From Bacilli bacterium (GTDB lineage: Bacteria > Bacillota_I > Bacilli_A > RFN20 > CAG-826): a stretch of DNA of 64,000 bases. The notes beneath the pieces are model-generated. The model was not told the origin of the DNA and made no database searches. It saw nothing but the letters and a program-made list of their open reading frames with translations. Shown here one piece after another: positions 29,837-40,232 of this stretch. Every line of letters starts with the position of its first letter. Position 1 is the first letter of the stretch. A program made the translations under genes and the position numbers. The stretch spans positions 9,316 to 73,315 of the forward strand of contig DAOKYO010000002.1 in assembly GCA_035326105.1 (NCBI GenBank), given 5' to 3'.

Positions 29837-30414
29837 TAAATAACACCTCGTTTCGTGTTATTTATCAATCCGTAAAAAAGTAAGCCCAAAGTCAGGCCGA
29901 TGATAATAAAATAAATGGAAGAGAAGTTCCATTCAAAAACATTAATCAAAATCTGGGCGCTAAAAGCCACCAGCAAAAGAATAATTGAAAAAAAGTTTCG
30001 CTGCATTTTTTTGCCTAAAGATATACCGGCGTCAATAATTAAAATCGCCACCGCGGCCTGAATGCCAAGGAAAGCGTTGTTGACAATGGTGATTGCCAAA
30101 AATTTATCTAAAAATAGTGAAATAGCATAGATGATAATAAAGGAAGGCGTTATTAATCCTAATGTGGCAAATAACGATCCCCAAAAGCCGGCGACTTTAT
30201 AGCCGACATAGGTAGCACTGTTAACGGAAATCGGCCCGGGAGTAGATTCGGCGATAACGATAATATTAAATATATCTTCAGTGGTCATCCATTTATGACG
30301 TTCGGTAATCTCACTTTGAATAAGAGGGATCATGGCGTATCCTCCGCCAAAAGTAAATAATCCGATTTTTAAGAAAGTAAAAAAAAGGGTTTTTATCCGC
30401 GTTAATTTTTCCAT
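29836..30414 (-). CDS. Short-chain chromate ion transporter (CHR family), half-size subunit 1
   Basis: GLFTFGGGYAMIPLIQSEI signature; start reassigned to the ATG at 30414, which has a GGGAGG RBS (ORF track begins 144 nt upstream); stop/start overlap with the downstream half. Confidence 0.75.
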   Translation of the reverse strand: MEKLTRIKTLFFTFLKIGLFTFGGGYAMIPLIQSEITERHKWMTTEDIFNIIVIAESTPGPISVNSATYVGYKVAGFWGSLFATLGLITPSFIIIYAISLFLDKFLAITIVNNAFLGIQAAVAILIIDAGISLGKKMQRNFFSIILLLVAFSAQILINVFEWNFSSIYFIIIGLTLGLLFYGLINNTKRGVI

Positions 30415-30528
30415 TTCCGCCTCCCGACACATTATAACAAAAAAGTGTTTTTTTTCCATAAAATATTGTGCTGGATTATGTCCGGCAATTTTGCTATAAT
30501 ACGTGCGTGCAAAAAGGCAGGTATTACT

Positions 30529-31005
30529 ATGGAAAATCAAAAGTTTACACTCACCCAAGAGGGTTTAGAGAAATTACAAAACGAATTAAGTCGCTTAATT
30601 AATACGGATCGTCCACAGGTCATCGAGGATCTTGGCGCGGCTAGAGCCCAAGGCGACTTGAGTGAAAATGCCGATTATGATGCCGCCCGTTCCCGGCAGG
30701 CTGAAGTTGAAGGTCGAATTCAACAAATTGAGAATATTTTAGCTAATTCCACCGTTGTAGAATCATCGACCAACAATGACATCGTGTCCCTGGGCTGCAC
30801 GGTCACCATTTTGGATCAAAGTGAAAATGCTCAATATATTTATAAGTTGGTGGGAACGATTGAAGCCAAACCTTTAGAGGGATCAATCTCGACAACCTGT
30901 CCCTTAGGCGAAGCGATTTTAGGCAAGGGTGTCGGCGATGTTTGTGTCGTTAAAACCGAGCCGCCATATAATGTTGAAATTTTAAAAATTAAAATCGGCG
31001 ACTAG
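30529..31005 (+). CDS. greA: Transcription elongation factor GreA
   Basis: 158 aa from MENQKFTLTQEGLEKLQ...; coiled-coil N-domain and FKBP-like C-domain; preceded by TGCTATAAT (30492-30500). Confidence 0.9.
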   Translation: MENQKFTLTQEGLEKLQNELSRLINTDRPQVIEDLGAARAQGDLSENADYDAARSRQAEVEGRIQQIENILANSTVVESSTNNDIVSLGCTVTILDQSENAQYIYKLVGTIEAKPLEGSISTTCPLGEAILGKGVGDVCVVKTEPPYNVEILKIKIGD

Positions 31006-31053
31006 TCGCCAAAATGAAGAAGAACCTCCTATTTACTAGTAGGAGGTTTTTTT

Positions 31054-31584
31054 ATGGGCAAAATTCTTATTGTAGTGCTGTTAATAACGATTGTGTCGCT
31101 TTTTGTAATGACGAAAATAGATCCGAATGTCGCAAATAATATCAGCGCGACTTCTCAGTTAAGCGATGCCAATTATTATACAATCACGGTTGCCGGGGCT
31201 ATCACTAAGCCGGGAGCCTATGTTCTACAAAAGGGATCAACGATGGACGACTTGATTTTGGCGGCGGGGGGACCGACCACAAATACGGATGAGAGGACTT
31301 ATTTTTTAGACACAAAGCTGATCGGGGGAATGACTTATTTTATCGGCTCACTTTATGATGAAAATGACGTTTGTAACGATTCACCGATAATTAAAGTGAA
31401 CATTAATTCCGATAAAGCGGATGCCTTGCAAACGATAAATGGAATCGGCTCTACTATATCGCAAGCGATAATAAAACATCGCGAAGACAAAGGTATATTT
31501 ACTTACTTAGAAGATGTGATGAACGTGTCAGGAGTAGGAACCTCAACCTATACCAAAATTCGTAATTACATCGTTCTTCAGTAA
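31054..31584 (+). CDS. comEA: Competence protein ComEA (DNA receptor, helix-hairpin-helix)
   Basis: 176 aa; N-terminal TM anchor; C-terminal HhH motif INGIGSTISQAIIKHRE.KG.F...EDVMNVSGVG. Confidence 0.8.
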   Translation: MGKILIVVLLITIVSLFVMTKIDPNVANNISATSQLSDANYYTITVAGAITKPGAYVLQKGSTMDDLILAAGGPTTNTDERTYFLDTKLIGGMTYFIGSLYDENDVCNDSPIIKVNINSDKADALQTINGIGSTISQAIIKHREDKGIFTYLEDVMNVSGVGTSTYTKIRNYIVLQ

Positions 31585-33575
31585 TGGATTTTCTTTGCCT
31601 ATTGCTTTTAATATTTACGACCGTCAATGCGGTCAGTGATCCGCGTTGGTGCTGGCTGCTGATTATTGTTATTTTTATTTCTTTAAAGAAAATTAATTAC
31701 GCAGTTTTAAAAAGGGTATACACATTTTACCTAATAGTCATCTTGGGCTATGCGTTCATTTATACTCTTAACAATCTAGACCACCTAATATTTCCCTGTG
31801 GAATAGTTTTAGATAGCAGGGATAGTTATGTGATTATCGTCACTCCTTTTCAGCGTTTATATTCCTCTAATGATAATAATTTAAGAATCGGACAAATCGT
31901 GTATTTACCCGAAGCGGTTAGCGAACTAGATTTCTACCACCTGGAAAGTCAATTTGATTTTGAAGTATATTTAAATCAAAAAGGAGTAATAAAAAGCTAT
32001 ATAGGGAAAAAGGAAGTTTTGATAGATCCCTTGTTTGCGTTACGGTTTCCTAAAGAAAAATGGTTGGAAATTTTTAATTATGATTCAACCAAAGTAATTT
32101 TTTCATCTTTAATATTTAAGGAAAAAGATTATTCGTCTTCCCTTATCGCTCAGGCCAATAAATGGAATATTCTGTCACTTATTACCGATAGCGGAGTTCA
32201 TATTACGTTTGCCTTTTACGGCTATCAACGTATATTTCAATTTATCTTTAAAAACAAAAAAATTGGCTATATTCTATCCTTAACAATAATTGCGGTTCTT
32301 TTTGTCTTAAACCCTACTCAATTTGCATTTTGGCGACTTCTTTTAAAAATAATACTGACTCATACTCTTTATGCAAAAGCAAAGATAAACCGATTAAGAA
32401 AAATATGTTTAGAAGGAGTGATATGGCTAAGTCTCGACCCATTTTTGGCTTTGCAAGCCAAGTTTTATCTGCCATTTAGTTTACGCTTAACAAACGGATT
32501 ATGTTTTCATAATAAGGCTTTAGACATGCAAGAAAAAGTAAAACGAGGGATCAAATATTTTCTTGTTATGCTTCCGTTTTTACTTAAAACGCAGGGAAGT
32601 ATAAACCTTTTAGCCCCTTTTCTTCAATTACTTTTACTGGGCTACACAAACGTTCTGTATTTAATGGGAGCAATGACAGTTTTGCTACCACCGTTTGGCT
32701 TAGTTTTTGAAATGCTATGTCAGATATTGGCTTCTTTGTTCACTTTTATAGCCCCGATTGATAAGTTTAATGTTTTTGGGACGATTAATTTTTGGCATCG
32801 AGTGCTCTATTATGCTTCATTTTTGCTTTTAGAAATTACCCATGACTTAAAATTAAATATCGGCAAAAAACTGGCTATTGTCATCTATAGTATCAGCGTT
32901 ATTTCGCCGTTTTTATCAATCAATAACAGCTTTAAAAACGGAGTCTACTTTATAAATGTTGGTCAGGGAGATGCCATTTTATTACGAATAAAAAATCAGG
33001 CGCTGCTGATTGATACGGGGGGTTCAACGAGGATGGATATTGCCCAAGAAGTACTGATTCCATTTTTCCGTCGCCAGGGAGTTAAAAAAATCAATGCGGT
33101 GATTATTACGCATAATGATTTTGATCATAATGGGGCTTTGAATTCGCTACAAAGCAATTTCTTAATTGAAAATATTTATTCCGGCAGAAATCAATTTCCG
33201 ATTACTTTTAGTGATATCATATTGCATAATTTAAACATCTTTGAAGGCGAAGACGATAACGAGCAATCACTAGTAATCTATATGGAGTTTATGAGCAAAA
33301 AATGGCTTTTTATGGGGGATGCTCCGATGGCGATTGAAGATTATATTATCCAAGAAAATCCTTTGCTTCAATGCGATGTAATAAAAATTGGCCATCATGG
33401 GAGTAACACCTCAACGGGGAGATCATTTATCGAGCAAATTCAACCCAATCAGGCGGTTATATCCGTAGGAAAAAATTCCTACGGACATCCGCATCAAAGC
33501 GTCTTAGATATACTTACGGAGTACGAAATTGAAGTTCGGCGAACCGACAAAGAAGGAACAATTTATTTCGTATAG
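31584..33575 (+). CDS. comEC: DNA internalisation competence protein ComEC/Rec2
   Basis: 663 aa; polytopic membrane N-part; C-terminal metallo-beta-lactamase domain (ITHNDFDHNGA...IGHHGS); translationally coupled to comEA. Confidence 0.85.
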   Translation: MDFLCLLLLIFTTVNAVSDPRWCWLLIIVIFISLKKINYAVLKRVYTFYLIVILGYAFIYTLNNLDHLIFPCGIVLDSRDSYVIIVTPFQRLYSSNDNNLRIGQIVYLPEAVSELDFYHLESQFDFEVYLNQKGVIKSYIGKKEVLIDPLFALRFPKEKWLEIFNYDSTKVIFSSLIFKEKDYSSSLIAQANKWNILSLITDSGVHITFAFYGYQRIFQFIFKNKKIGYILSLTIIAVLFVLNPTQFAFWRLLLKIILTHTLYAKAKINRLRKICLEGVIWLSLDPFLALQAKFYLPFSLRLTNGLCFHNKALDMQEKVKRGIKYFLVMLPFLLKTQGSINLLAPFLQLLLLGYTNVLYLMGAMTVLLPPFGLVFEMLCQILASLFTFIAPIDKFNVFGTINFWHRVLYYASFLLLEITHDLKLNIGKKLAIVIYSISVISPFLSINNSFKNGVYFINVGQGDAILLRIKNQALLIDTGGSTRMDIAQEVLIPFFRRQGVKKINAVIITHNDFDHNGALNSLQSNFLIENIYSGRNQFPITFSDIILHNLNIFEGEDDNEQSLVIYMEFMSKKWLFMGDAPMAIEDYIIQENPLLQCDVIKIGHHGSNTSTGRSFIEQIQPNQAVISVGKNSYGHPHQSVLDILTEYEIEVRRTDKEGTIYFV

Positions 33576-33600
33576 AGACACCATTTGATATAATAAAAAT

Positions 33601-34551
33601 ATGATTTATATAATCTTTGGTAAAGAGCCACTTCTGATTCGTAATACAGTTAAAAAAACGATGATTTCGCTTATTAAAGAGCCGAATAGTTTTAATTATT
33701 CGCAACTTGATGCCGGCGACACATCGCTGGAGCAACTTTTGGATGAACTCGAAACCAACTCGTTAACCGGTGAGCAAAAAGTCATTGTTTATAGCAATGC
33801 TGATTTTTTAAAGGACGCAAAGAAAATAGATGCTGATGTTTTAGACCGATTTAAAAGTTTCTTTGCCGATGAGGCTTCGATAAATAATTTGATTTTTACG
33901 GTATTAGGTGAATCGATAAATAAAAAAAATCCCCTGATTGCCATTTTACCCAAAAATGTAAAAGTGTTGGAACTGCAGACGATAACCTCAGCCACTTGGC
34001 CGGAACTTGTTCGCCGCACCTTTGAAAAAAATGGGGCGATAATTGATGATGATGCCCGTGAAGAACTTTTGCAACGGGTAAGTAACAACGTATCCAGTTT
34101 TGTTAATGAGGCAAATAAACTTTCCACCTATACATCCCACGTTCGTTTGGAAGATGTGGAGGCCCTTGTTCCGCGGCCATTAGAGGAGAAGAGTTATCTT
34201 TTAACCGGATATCTTTTGCAAAAAAAATTAAAGCCGGCGCTTGAACTGGTTGAAGATTTGATGATGCAAAACTTACAACCAGTTGTTTTAATTTCGACTT
34301 TAGCCAACCAGTTGCGCTTGTTTTCTTTAGTCGCTTATCAAAAAGAAAACAATATTCCGGAAAGTCAAATCGCCAGTGATCTAAAACTCCATCCTTATCG
34401 TTTAAAAATGATTATAAAAGATCTTGGCCGCCGGACGAGCAAAGACGTACTTAATATTCTCGATCACTTGTTTATGCTGGATTATAAAATTAAGAGTGGA
34501 AAAATCGATGCGAAAGAAGGTTTTGATTTTTTTCTGATCGAATCATGTTAA
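33601..34551 (+). CDS. holA: DNA polymerase III delta subunit
   Basis: 316 aa; position after comEC (comEC-holA is conserved in Firmicutes); delta-subunit-like N-terminal region. Confidence 0.7.
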   Translation: MIYIIFGKEPLLIRNTVKKTMISLIKEPNSFNYSQLDAGDTSLEQLLDELETNSLTGEQKVIVYSNADFLKDAKKIDADVLDRFKSFFADEASINNLIFTVLGESINKKNPLIAILPKNVKVLELQTITSATWPELVRRTFEKNGAIIDDDAREELLQRVSNNVSSFVNEANKLSTYTSHVRLEDVEALVPRPLEEKSYLLTGYLLQKKLKPALELVEDLMMQNLQPVVLISTLANQLRLFSLVAYQKENNIPESQIASDLKLHPYRLKMIIKDLGRRTSKDVLNILDHLFMLDYKIKSGKIDAKEGFDFFLIESC

Positions 34552-34560
34552 AGAGGCAAT

Positions 34561-34590
34561 AAAAAAACCGGATGATTCCGGTTAGTTTAT
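34561..34590. terminator. Bidirectional terminator shared by holA (+) and rpsT (-)
   Basis: aaaaaaa-ccgga-tgat-tccgg-tt hairpin with A-run 5' and T-rich 3' side. Confidence 0.65.
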
Positions 34591-34845
34591 TGAATTGACG
34601 AGACCAGCCAAGTGACTCTTTTGCCGAGCAGCTGTCCGGTAATGGGTAATGCCCTTGCTGACTGACTTATCAATCAAGCGATTGGCAGCATTGAGTTCAT
34701 TTTGTGCTAAAACTTTGTCGCCAGCATTAACCGCGGAAACAACTTTTTTGCTTGCGGTCTTAATTTGTGTTTTATAGTTAACATTTCTTAAGCGCGCTTT
34801 TTCATTGGTTCCAACCCGTTTAATTTGGGATTTAATATTTGCCAT
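34582..34845 (-). CDS. rpsT: 30S ribosomal protein S20
   Basis: 87 aa from MANIKSQIKRV... (the ORF track starts at an upstream in-frame codon); minus-strand TGCTATAAT promoter at about 34880-34890. Confidence 0.9.
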   Translation of the reverse strand: MANIKSQIKRVGTNEKARLRNVNYKTQIKTASKKVVSAVNAGDKVLAQNELNAANRLIDKSVSKGITHYRTAARQKSHLAGLVNSIN

Positions 34846-35000
34846 TGTCTTCACCTCTTTCGATACGCTTTGCATTATAGCAAAATAGTAATATAACGGC
34901 AACAACTTTTTCCTTATTAGCGCAATCAAAAAAACGCGGTTTTTTTCAATTTATAATCACGGCTATTGTATAATAAATAAAGAAGTGAGGATCAATCGAT

Positions 35001-35942
35001 ATGCAAAGCAATAAAACCCGAATTTTATATCTAGGAACCCCCGAAATTAGCGCTCATGTTTTACGGGGATTGATTTTGGCCGGTTATAATATTGTTGGGG
35101 TGGTCGCTCAACCGGATAAACCGATTGGTCGGGGAAAGAAAATTGAACTTGTGCCGACAAAAGTTGTGGCAGAAGAGTTTGGCATACCGGTTTTTCAACC
35201 ATTAAAAATTCGTCTTGATTACGAATTTGTTAAGAATTTGCATCCGGATCTTATTCTTTGCTTTGCCTATGGTCAAATCATTCCCCAGCAACTGCTTGAT
35301 ATTCCCCCGTTAGGGGCGATAAATCTTCACGGTTCATTACTGCCGAAGTATCGGGGGGCGGCTCCGATGCAATATGCTTTAATCAATGGTGAAAAAGAAA
35401 CGGGAATAACGCTCATGGAGATGATTGATAAGATGGATGCCGGCGCCATGTTCGGCAAAATAGTCGTCCCGATAAGTCCAGAAGATAACTATTCGTCGCT
35501 TTCGCAAAAAATGGCTTTAGCCGCGCTTAAATTGGCCCTTGATAAGCTACCTTTGTATATCGCCGGCAAATTAGTCAAAGAGGAACAAGACGATCGACTG
35601 GTTACCTATGCGGGACTGATAAAGAAAGAGCAAGAGCACCTGGATCTTTCTTTGCCTAAAGCAAAGATTATCGGCTGGATTCGCGCTTTAAGTGCGGAAC
35701 CTGGAGCTTACCTATATCGTGATGATAATCAGATGATAAAAATATTTGAGGCGGAAGACTATAGCGAAGCCATAGAAGCTTTACCGGGAACAATTGTTTC
35801 CGCTGATAAAAATGGCGTTATTCTTCAACTGGCGGATGGTCAGATTAATCTTTTGAAACTGCAAAAACCGGGAAAGAAAATTGTCGGTTTTCGGGATTTC
35901 GTAAATGGTGAACCTCAATTCAAAGGAACAGTTTTAAAATAG
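35001..35942 (+). CDS. fmt: Methionyl-tRNA formyltransferase
   Basis: 313 aa; N-terminal formyltransferase fold with NLHGSLLPKYRGAAP motif. Confidence 0.9.
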   Translation: MQSNKTRILYLGTPEISAHVLRGLILAGYNIVGVVAQPDKPIGRGKKIELVPTKVVAEEFGIPVFQPLKIRLDYEFVKNLHPDLILCFAYGQIIPQQLLDIPPLGAINLHGSLLPKYRGAAPMQYALINGEKETGITLMEMIDKMDAGAMFGKIVVPISPEDNYSSLSQKMALAALKLALDKLPLYIAGKLVKEEQDDRLVTYAGLIKKEQEHLDLSLPKAKIIGWIRALSAEPGAYLYRDDNQMIKIFEAEDYSEAIEALPGTIVSADKNGVILQLADGQINLLKLQKPGKKIVGFRDFVNGEPQFKGTVLK

Positions 35943-35943
35943 A

Positions 35944-38298
35944 ATGAAGAAAGAATTGACGCTGTCGGTCCATCAGTTGGTTGATTTTTTGCTACGTAGC
36001 GGCAGTATTGATACGCGGGTTTTTAATAAGGCCTCCATGAGCGAGGGAGTTCGTCTCCATGCCTTTTACCAGAGCCGTCAGGGCAATGAGTATTTATCTG
36101 AATATTTTTTACGGGAAACATTTCTTGTTGATGAATATAATCTTACCTTAGAGGGAAGAGCGGATGGCATCATTGTTACCGACGATGAGTATATTATCGA
36201 TGAGATAAAATCGACTGTAGTTGACATTGATGAGTTCCATCGCGAAAATGAGAAATGGCATCTAGGTCAGGCCCAATGTTATGCCTTGATGCTTGCTCAC
36301 GAGCGGAAAATCGATCGGGTAAAAATACGGCTAACCTACATACACCAGACTACCGATGAGCAGAAAATTAAGGAATATAGTTTTTCGACTCATGATTTGG
36401 AAGACTTTGTCGCGACATTGATTAGTCGCTATTTGAATTTCTACAACACGGTTTATCGTCATGAGATAAGTCGTAATGCCAGCATGCAAAATTTTCATTT
36501 CCCCTTTTCATCATTTCGAAAAGGACAGAAAAAACTTGCCCAATATACCTACGCGATGACTGCCCAGGGAGGAGTGCTTTATGCCGAAGCACCAACGGGA
36601 ATCGGTAAAACAATGTCTACCCTATATCCGGCGATATCCGCATTTGCTCGCGAAAAAATAAACAAGATATTTTATTTAACAGCCAAGACAAGTGGCCAGG
36701 ATTCTGCTCATGGGGCAATGGAGATACTTAAAAAAAGCGGTGCGGATGTTTTCCCAATTGTCATAACCGCCAAGGACCGCATATGTTTTAACCCCGGAAA
36801 GGGATGCAATCCAGATGAATGTCCTTACGCCCGCAACTACTACAATAAAATTCAAGATGCCCTTTTAAATGCTCTTTTGCACGAAGATGATTTTTCAAAG
36901 GAAACAATTATAAAATTGGCGTTAGAAAATGAAATTTGTCCTTTTGAGTTTCAGCTTGATTTATCCCTATTTTGTGACGTCATCATTTGCGACTACAACT
37001 ATTTGTTTGATCCACTCGTCTATTTAAGAAGATACTTTGAGACCGGAGGTAGTTCCTATTTTGCATTGATTGACGAAGCCCATAATTTAATTGAGCGAGT
37101 ACGCGATATGTATAGTTCGGAATTAAGCCTGGAGCAGTTTATCAGTATGCAAAAACACTTGCGAAAACTCGCTCATCCGCACATTAAAACGGCACTTCGC
37201 CGACTTATAAAAAACCTGCGTGATCTAAATGGTTTAATTGCCGATAATGATTCACCGACAGTTATCGATACGATTCCAAGCCCTCTACTAAACAATTTAA
37301 ATTTGTTTCTGTTGGCGGGTCAAGATGTAATGAAAAATCATGTTCAGTTTGCCGATGAACCTTTCAAGGAATTGTTTTTTAATGTCAATCGCTTTATGAA
37401 AATTTGGGATTACTACTCAAGTGAATTTCGTCTATTCATCTATAAACAAGGGAAAAGTAATTTAATTCTTAAAAACTACAACTTAAATCCAAGCAACTTA
37501 ATTAGAAATTGTCTTGGAAATGTTTTTGGCTCGGTAATCTTTTCAGCTACTCTTTCACCGATTGATTACTATGTTAATCTGCTTGGAGGAAGCAAAGATT
37601 CCCCTCGTTTAATTTTGCCTAATCCCTTTCCACGTAAAAATCGGCGATTATTAATTGCTCCCGATGTTCGGACTACATATCGCAAAAGGGATACTAGTTA
37701 TGGATTGATTGCCGACTATATTCAAGCTTTATACTCAAAGCAAATTGGTAATTACATCTGTTTTTTTCCTTCTTATGAATACTTAAATAACGTAAAACCT
37801 TTTTTGGATGATCTCAAGGAGAAAGACGATTTTATTTTAATGGCCCAGGATAAGGAAATGAGCCGTGACGAGCAGGAAGTTTTTCTTTCAAAATTTGTTC
37901 CTAAACCACAAAAAACACGCATCGGACTTGCCGTTTTAGGCGGGGCATTTAGTGAGGGTATCGATCTCGTCGATGACCGCTTAATTGGAGTTGTAATCGT
38001 GGGTGTTGGCTTGCCCCAGATTTCTTTTGAACGGAATCTAATTAGAAAATTCTATGACGAAAAAGAAATCTCTGGCTTTGAATATAGTTATGTTAATCCG
38101 GGTATGAATCGGGTTATGCAGGCCGTTGGTCGCCTTATCAGAAGTGAAAATGATCGCGGGATCGCCTTGCTTTTGGATGAGCGTTATCTCCAAGAGCGAT
38201 ATCGGCACCTGTTTAAAACCGAATGGGATGACTATGAAGTCGTTACTAGCCCCGACGATGTTAAGAATATTTGTGCGGATTTTTGGAAAATAGATTAA
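35944..38298 (+). CDS. Fusion protein: N-terminal RecB-family PD-(D/E)xK nuclease domain + Fe-S XPD/DinG-type (Rad3-like) SF2 DNA helicase
   Basis: 784 aa. Residues about 1-170 carry GRADGI (motif II), IDEIKS (D/ExK) and QAQCY (QxxxY). The helicase part has Walker A APTGIGKTMS, four Cys between motifs I and II (RICFN, GKGCN, DECPY, EICPF), DEAH box LIDEAHNL, and QAVGRLIRS motif VI. Confidence 0.7.
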   Translation: MKKELTLSVHQLVDFLLRSGSIDTRVFNKASMSEGVRLHAFYQSRQGNEYLSEYFLRETFLVDEYNLTLEGRADGIIVTDDEYIIDEIKSTVVDIDEFHRENEKWHLGQAQCYALMLAHERKIDRVKIRLTYIHQTTDEQKIKEYSFSTHDLEDFVATLISRYLNFYNTVYRHEISRNASMQNFHFPFSSFRKGQKKLAQYTYAMTAQGGVLYAEAPTGIGKTMSTLYPAISAFAREKINKIFYLTAKTSGQDSAHGAMEILKKSGADVFPIVITAKDRICFNPGKGCNPDECPYARNYYNKIQDALLNALLHEDDFSKETIIKLALENEICPFEFQLDLSLFCDVIICDYNYLFDPLVYLRRYFETGGSSYFALIDEAHNLIERVRDMYSSELSLEQFISMQKHLRKLAHPHIKTALRRLIKNLRDLNGLIADNDSPTVIDTIPSPLLNNLNLFLLAGQDVMKNHVQFADEPFKELFFNVNRFMKIWDYYSSEFRLFIYKQGKSNLILKNYNLNPSNLIRNCLGNVFGSVIFSATLSPIDYYVNLLGGSKDSPRLILPNPFPRKNRRLLIAPDVRTTYRKRDTSYGLIADYIQALYSKQIGNYICFFPSYEYLNNVKPFLDDLKEKDDFILMAQDKEMSRDEQEVFLSKFVPKPQKTRIGLAVLGGAFSEGIDLVDDRLIGVVIVGVGLPQISFERNLIRKFYDEKEISGFEYSYVNPGMNRVMQAVGRLIRSENDRGIALLLDERYLQERYRHLFKTEWDDYEVVTSPDDVKNICADFWKID

Positions 38299-38349
38299 CG
38301 AATTTAGTGCAAATTTGGTATAATTTACCAGCCAATAGTTAGGAGCGCT

Positions 38350-40164
38350 TTGATGAATTTTGATAACCAACACATTCGAAACTTTTCAATAATTGCCCAC
38401 ATTGATCACGGAAAGTCAACTTTGGCTGATCGGCTCATTGAAATGACCGGTACCGTTGAAAAACGACTGATGAAAGAGCAAATATTGGACAATATGGATC
38501 TTGAGCGTGAACGGGGCATTACCATTAAGTTAAATGCGGTAAGCCTTATTTACCATGCGCAAAATGGCGAGGATTATCTTTTCAATCTCATTGATACTCC
38601 TGGGCATGTTGATTTTACTTATGAAGTATCGCGTTCGCTTGCTGCCTGTGAAGGCGCCATTTTGGTCGTCGATGCCACGCAGGGAGTTGAAGCTCAAACT
38701 TTAGCTAATGTGTATTTGGCCATCGATAACGATCTGGCGATTTTACCAGTAATTAACAAGATAGATTTGCCCAGTGCAAATGTCGATTTGGCGCGGGATG
38801 AAATTGAAAAAAGAATCGGACTGGACGGTAGTGAGGCTATTCCTATTTCGGCAAAGACAGGATTGAATGTCGAGCAAGTTTTGGAAGCTATCGTTACGCA
38901 GATTCCTTGTCCGAATGGTAATAAAGCCAAGCCCCTCCAAGCCTTGATTTTTGATAGTTACTATGACTCATATCGAGGCGTGGTGGTATTAGTTAGAATT
39001 AAGGAAGGTATGGTAAAAGTTGGCGATCAAATTCAATTGATGTCCAATGAAAAAGAATATTTGGTAACGGAAGTTGGCTATCGGGCGCCAAGTGAAATAA
39101 GGCAAGATGAACTATACGCTGGCGAAGTAGGATATATCTGCGCGCAAATTAAGGATATTCACGATATTCATACCGGTGATACCATTACTTTGGCTAATAA
39201 CAAAGCCAGTGTAGCCTTACCGGGATATCGGGAGATTAATCCGATGGTATATTGCGGACTTTATCCCGTCGATAGTAAAAATTATGCGGATTTAAAAGAT
39301 GCTCTTGAGAAACTGAGTCTTAACGATTCAAGTCTCCGTTATGAGCCGGAAGCGTCCCAAGCTCTTGGTTTTGGTTTTCGCTGCGGTTTCCTTGGATTAC
39401 TGCATATGGACGTTATTCAAGAACGGCTGGAACGGGAATATGGTTTAAATCTGATTTTAACCGCTCCCAGTGTCATTTATCACATCAATCTAAGTGACGG
39501 CACGCAAATTCGCTTGGATAATCCTTTTGATTATCCCGATCCTACGACCATTAAGTCAATTGAAGAACCGTTTGTCGAAGCGGAAATAATGACTCCCAAA
39601 GACTACGTCGGGCCGATTATGGAACTCTGCCAAGAACGGAGAGGAACCTATCTGAATCTCGATTACTTTGATGAAACACGGATGATATTGCATTATGAAC
39701 TGCCGCTCAGTGAGATTATTTATAATTTCTTTGATAAACTTAAAAGCTATTCGAAAGGATATGCTAGTTTCGATTACCATCTTGCTGGCTACCATGCCGC
39801 CAATCTGGTCAAAATGGACATATTGCTGAACGGCGAAATTGTCGATGCTCTTTCGGTGGTCGTATATAAGCCGGATGCTTACCGGCGGGGATTAGCGATA
39901 GTTAGCAAGTTGAAGGACATTATTCCTCGGCAGTTATTTGAGGTTCCAATCCAAGCTGCCATCAACAATAAAATTATTGCTCGGGCGGATGTTAAGGCGG
40001 TGCGGAAGGATGTTTTGGCCAAATGTTATGGGGGTGACATCAGCCGCAAAAAGAAGTTGCTTGAAAAGCAAAAAGCCGGCAAAAAGCGCATGAAAGCGGT
40101 CGGTTCAGTTGAGCTTCCTCAAGAGGCGTTTATGAGTGTTCTTTCCCTCGACGATGAAAAATAA
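38350..40164 (+). CDS. lepA: Elongation factor 4 (LepA)
   Basis: 604 aa; G-domain [21 protein letters not shown]; LepA-specific C-terminal domain. Confidence 0.95.
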   Translation: MMNFDNQHIRNFSIIAHIDHGKSTLADRLIEMTGTVEKRLMKEQILDNMDLERERGITIKLNAVSLIYHAQNGEDYLFNLIDTPGHVDFTYEVSRSLAACEGAILVVDATQGVEAQTLANVYLAIDNDLAILPVINKIDLPSANVDLARDEIEKRIGLDGSEAIPISAKTGLNVEQVLEAIVTQIPCPNGNKAKPLQALIFDSYYDSYRGVVVLVRIKEGMVKVGDQIQLMSNEKEYLVTEVGYRAPSEIRQDELYAGEVGYICAQIKDIHDIHTGDTITLANNKASVALPGYREINPMVYCGLYPVDSKNYADLKDALEKLSLNDSSLRYEPEASQALGFGFRCGFLGLLHMDVIQERLEREYGLNLILTAPSVIYHINLSDGTQIRLDNPFDYPDPTTIKSIEEPFVEAEIMTPKDYVGPIMELCQERRGTYLNLDYFDETRMILHYELPLSEIIYNFFDKLKSYSKGYASFDYHLAGYHAANLVKMDILLNGEIVDALSVVVYKPDAYRRGLAIVSKLKDIIPRQLFEVPIQAAINNKIIARADVKAVRKDVLAKCYGGDISRKKKLLEKQKAGKKRMKAVGSVELPQEAFMSVLSLDDEK

Positions 40165-40232
40165 CTAACAAATTACGGTTCCAATTTATTTTTTGAGTTT
40201 CATTTGTTAAGATAAATAAGAGGTTATGGCTC

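Noticed and set aside
30415-30558. N-terminal 48-aa extension of the ChrA half (and similar upstream extensions of greA, rpsT, ispH, dtd, mnmA, acpS, dnaJ)
   Set aside because: In each case an internal ATG with a canonical RBS matches the conserved protein N-terminus. The upstream residues are not conserved-looking and overlap promoters or neighbouring genes.
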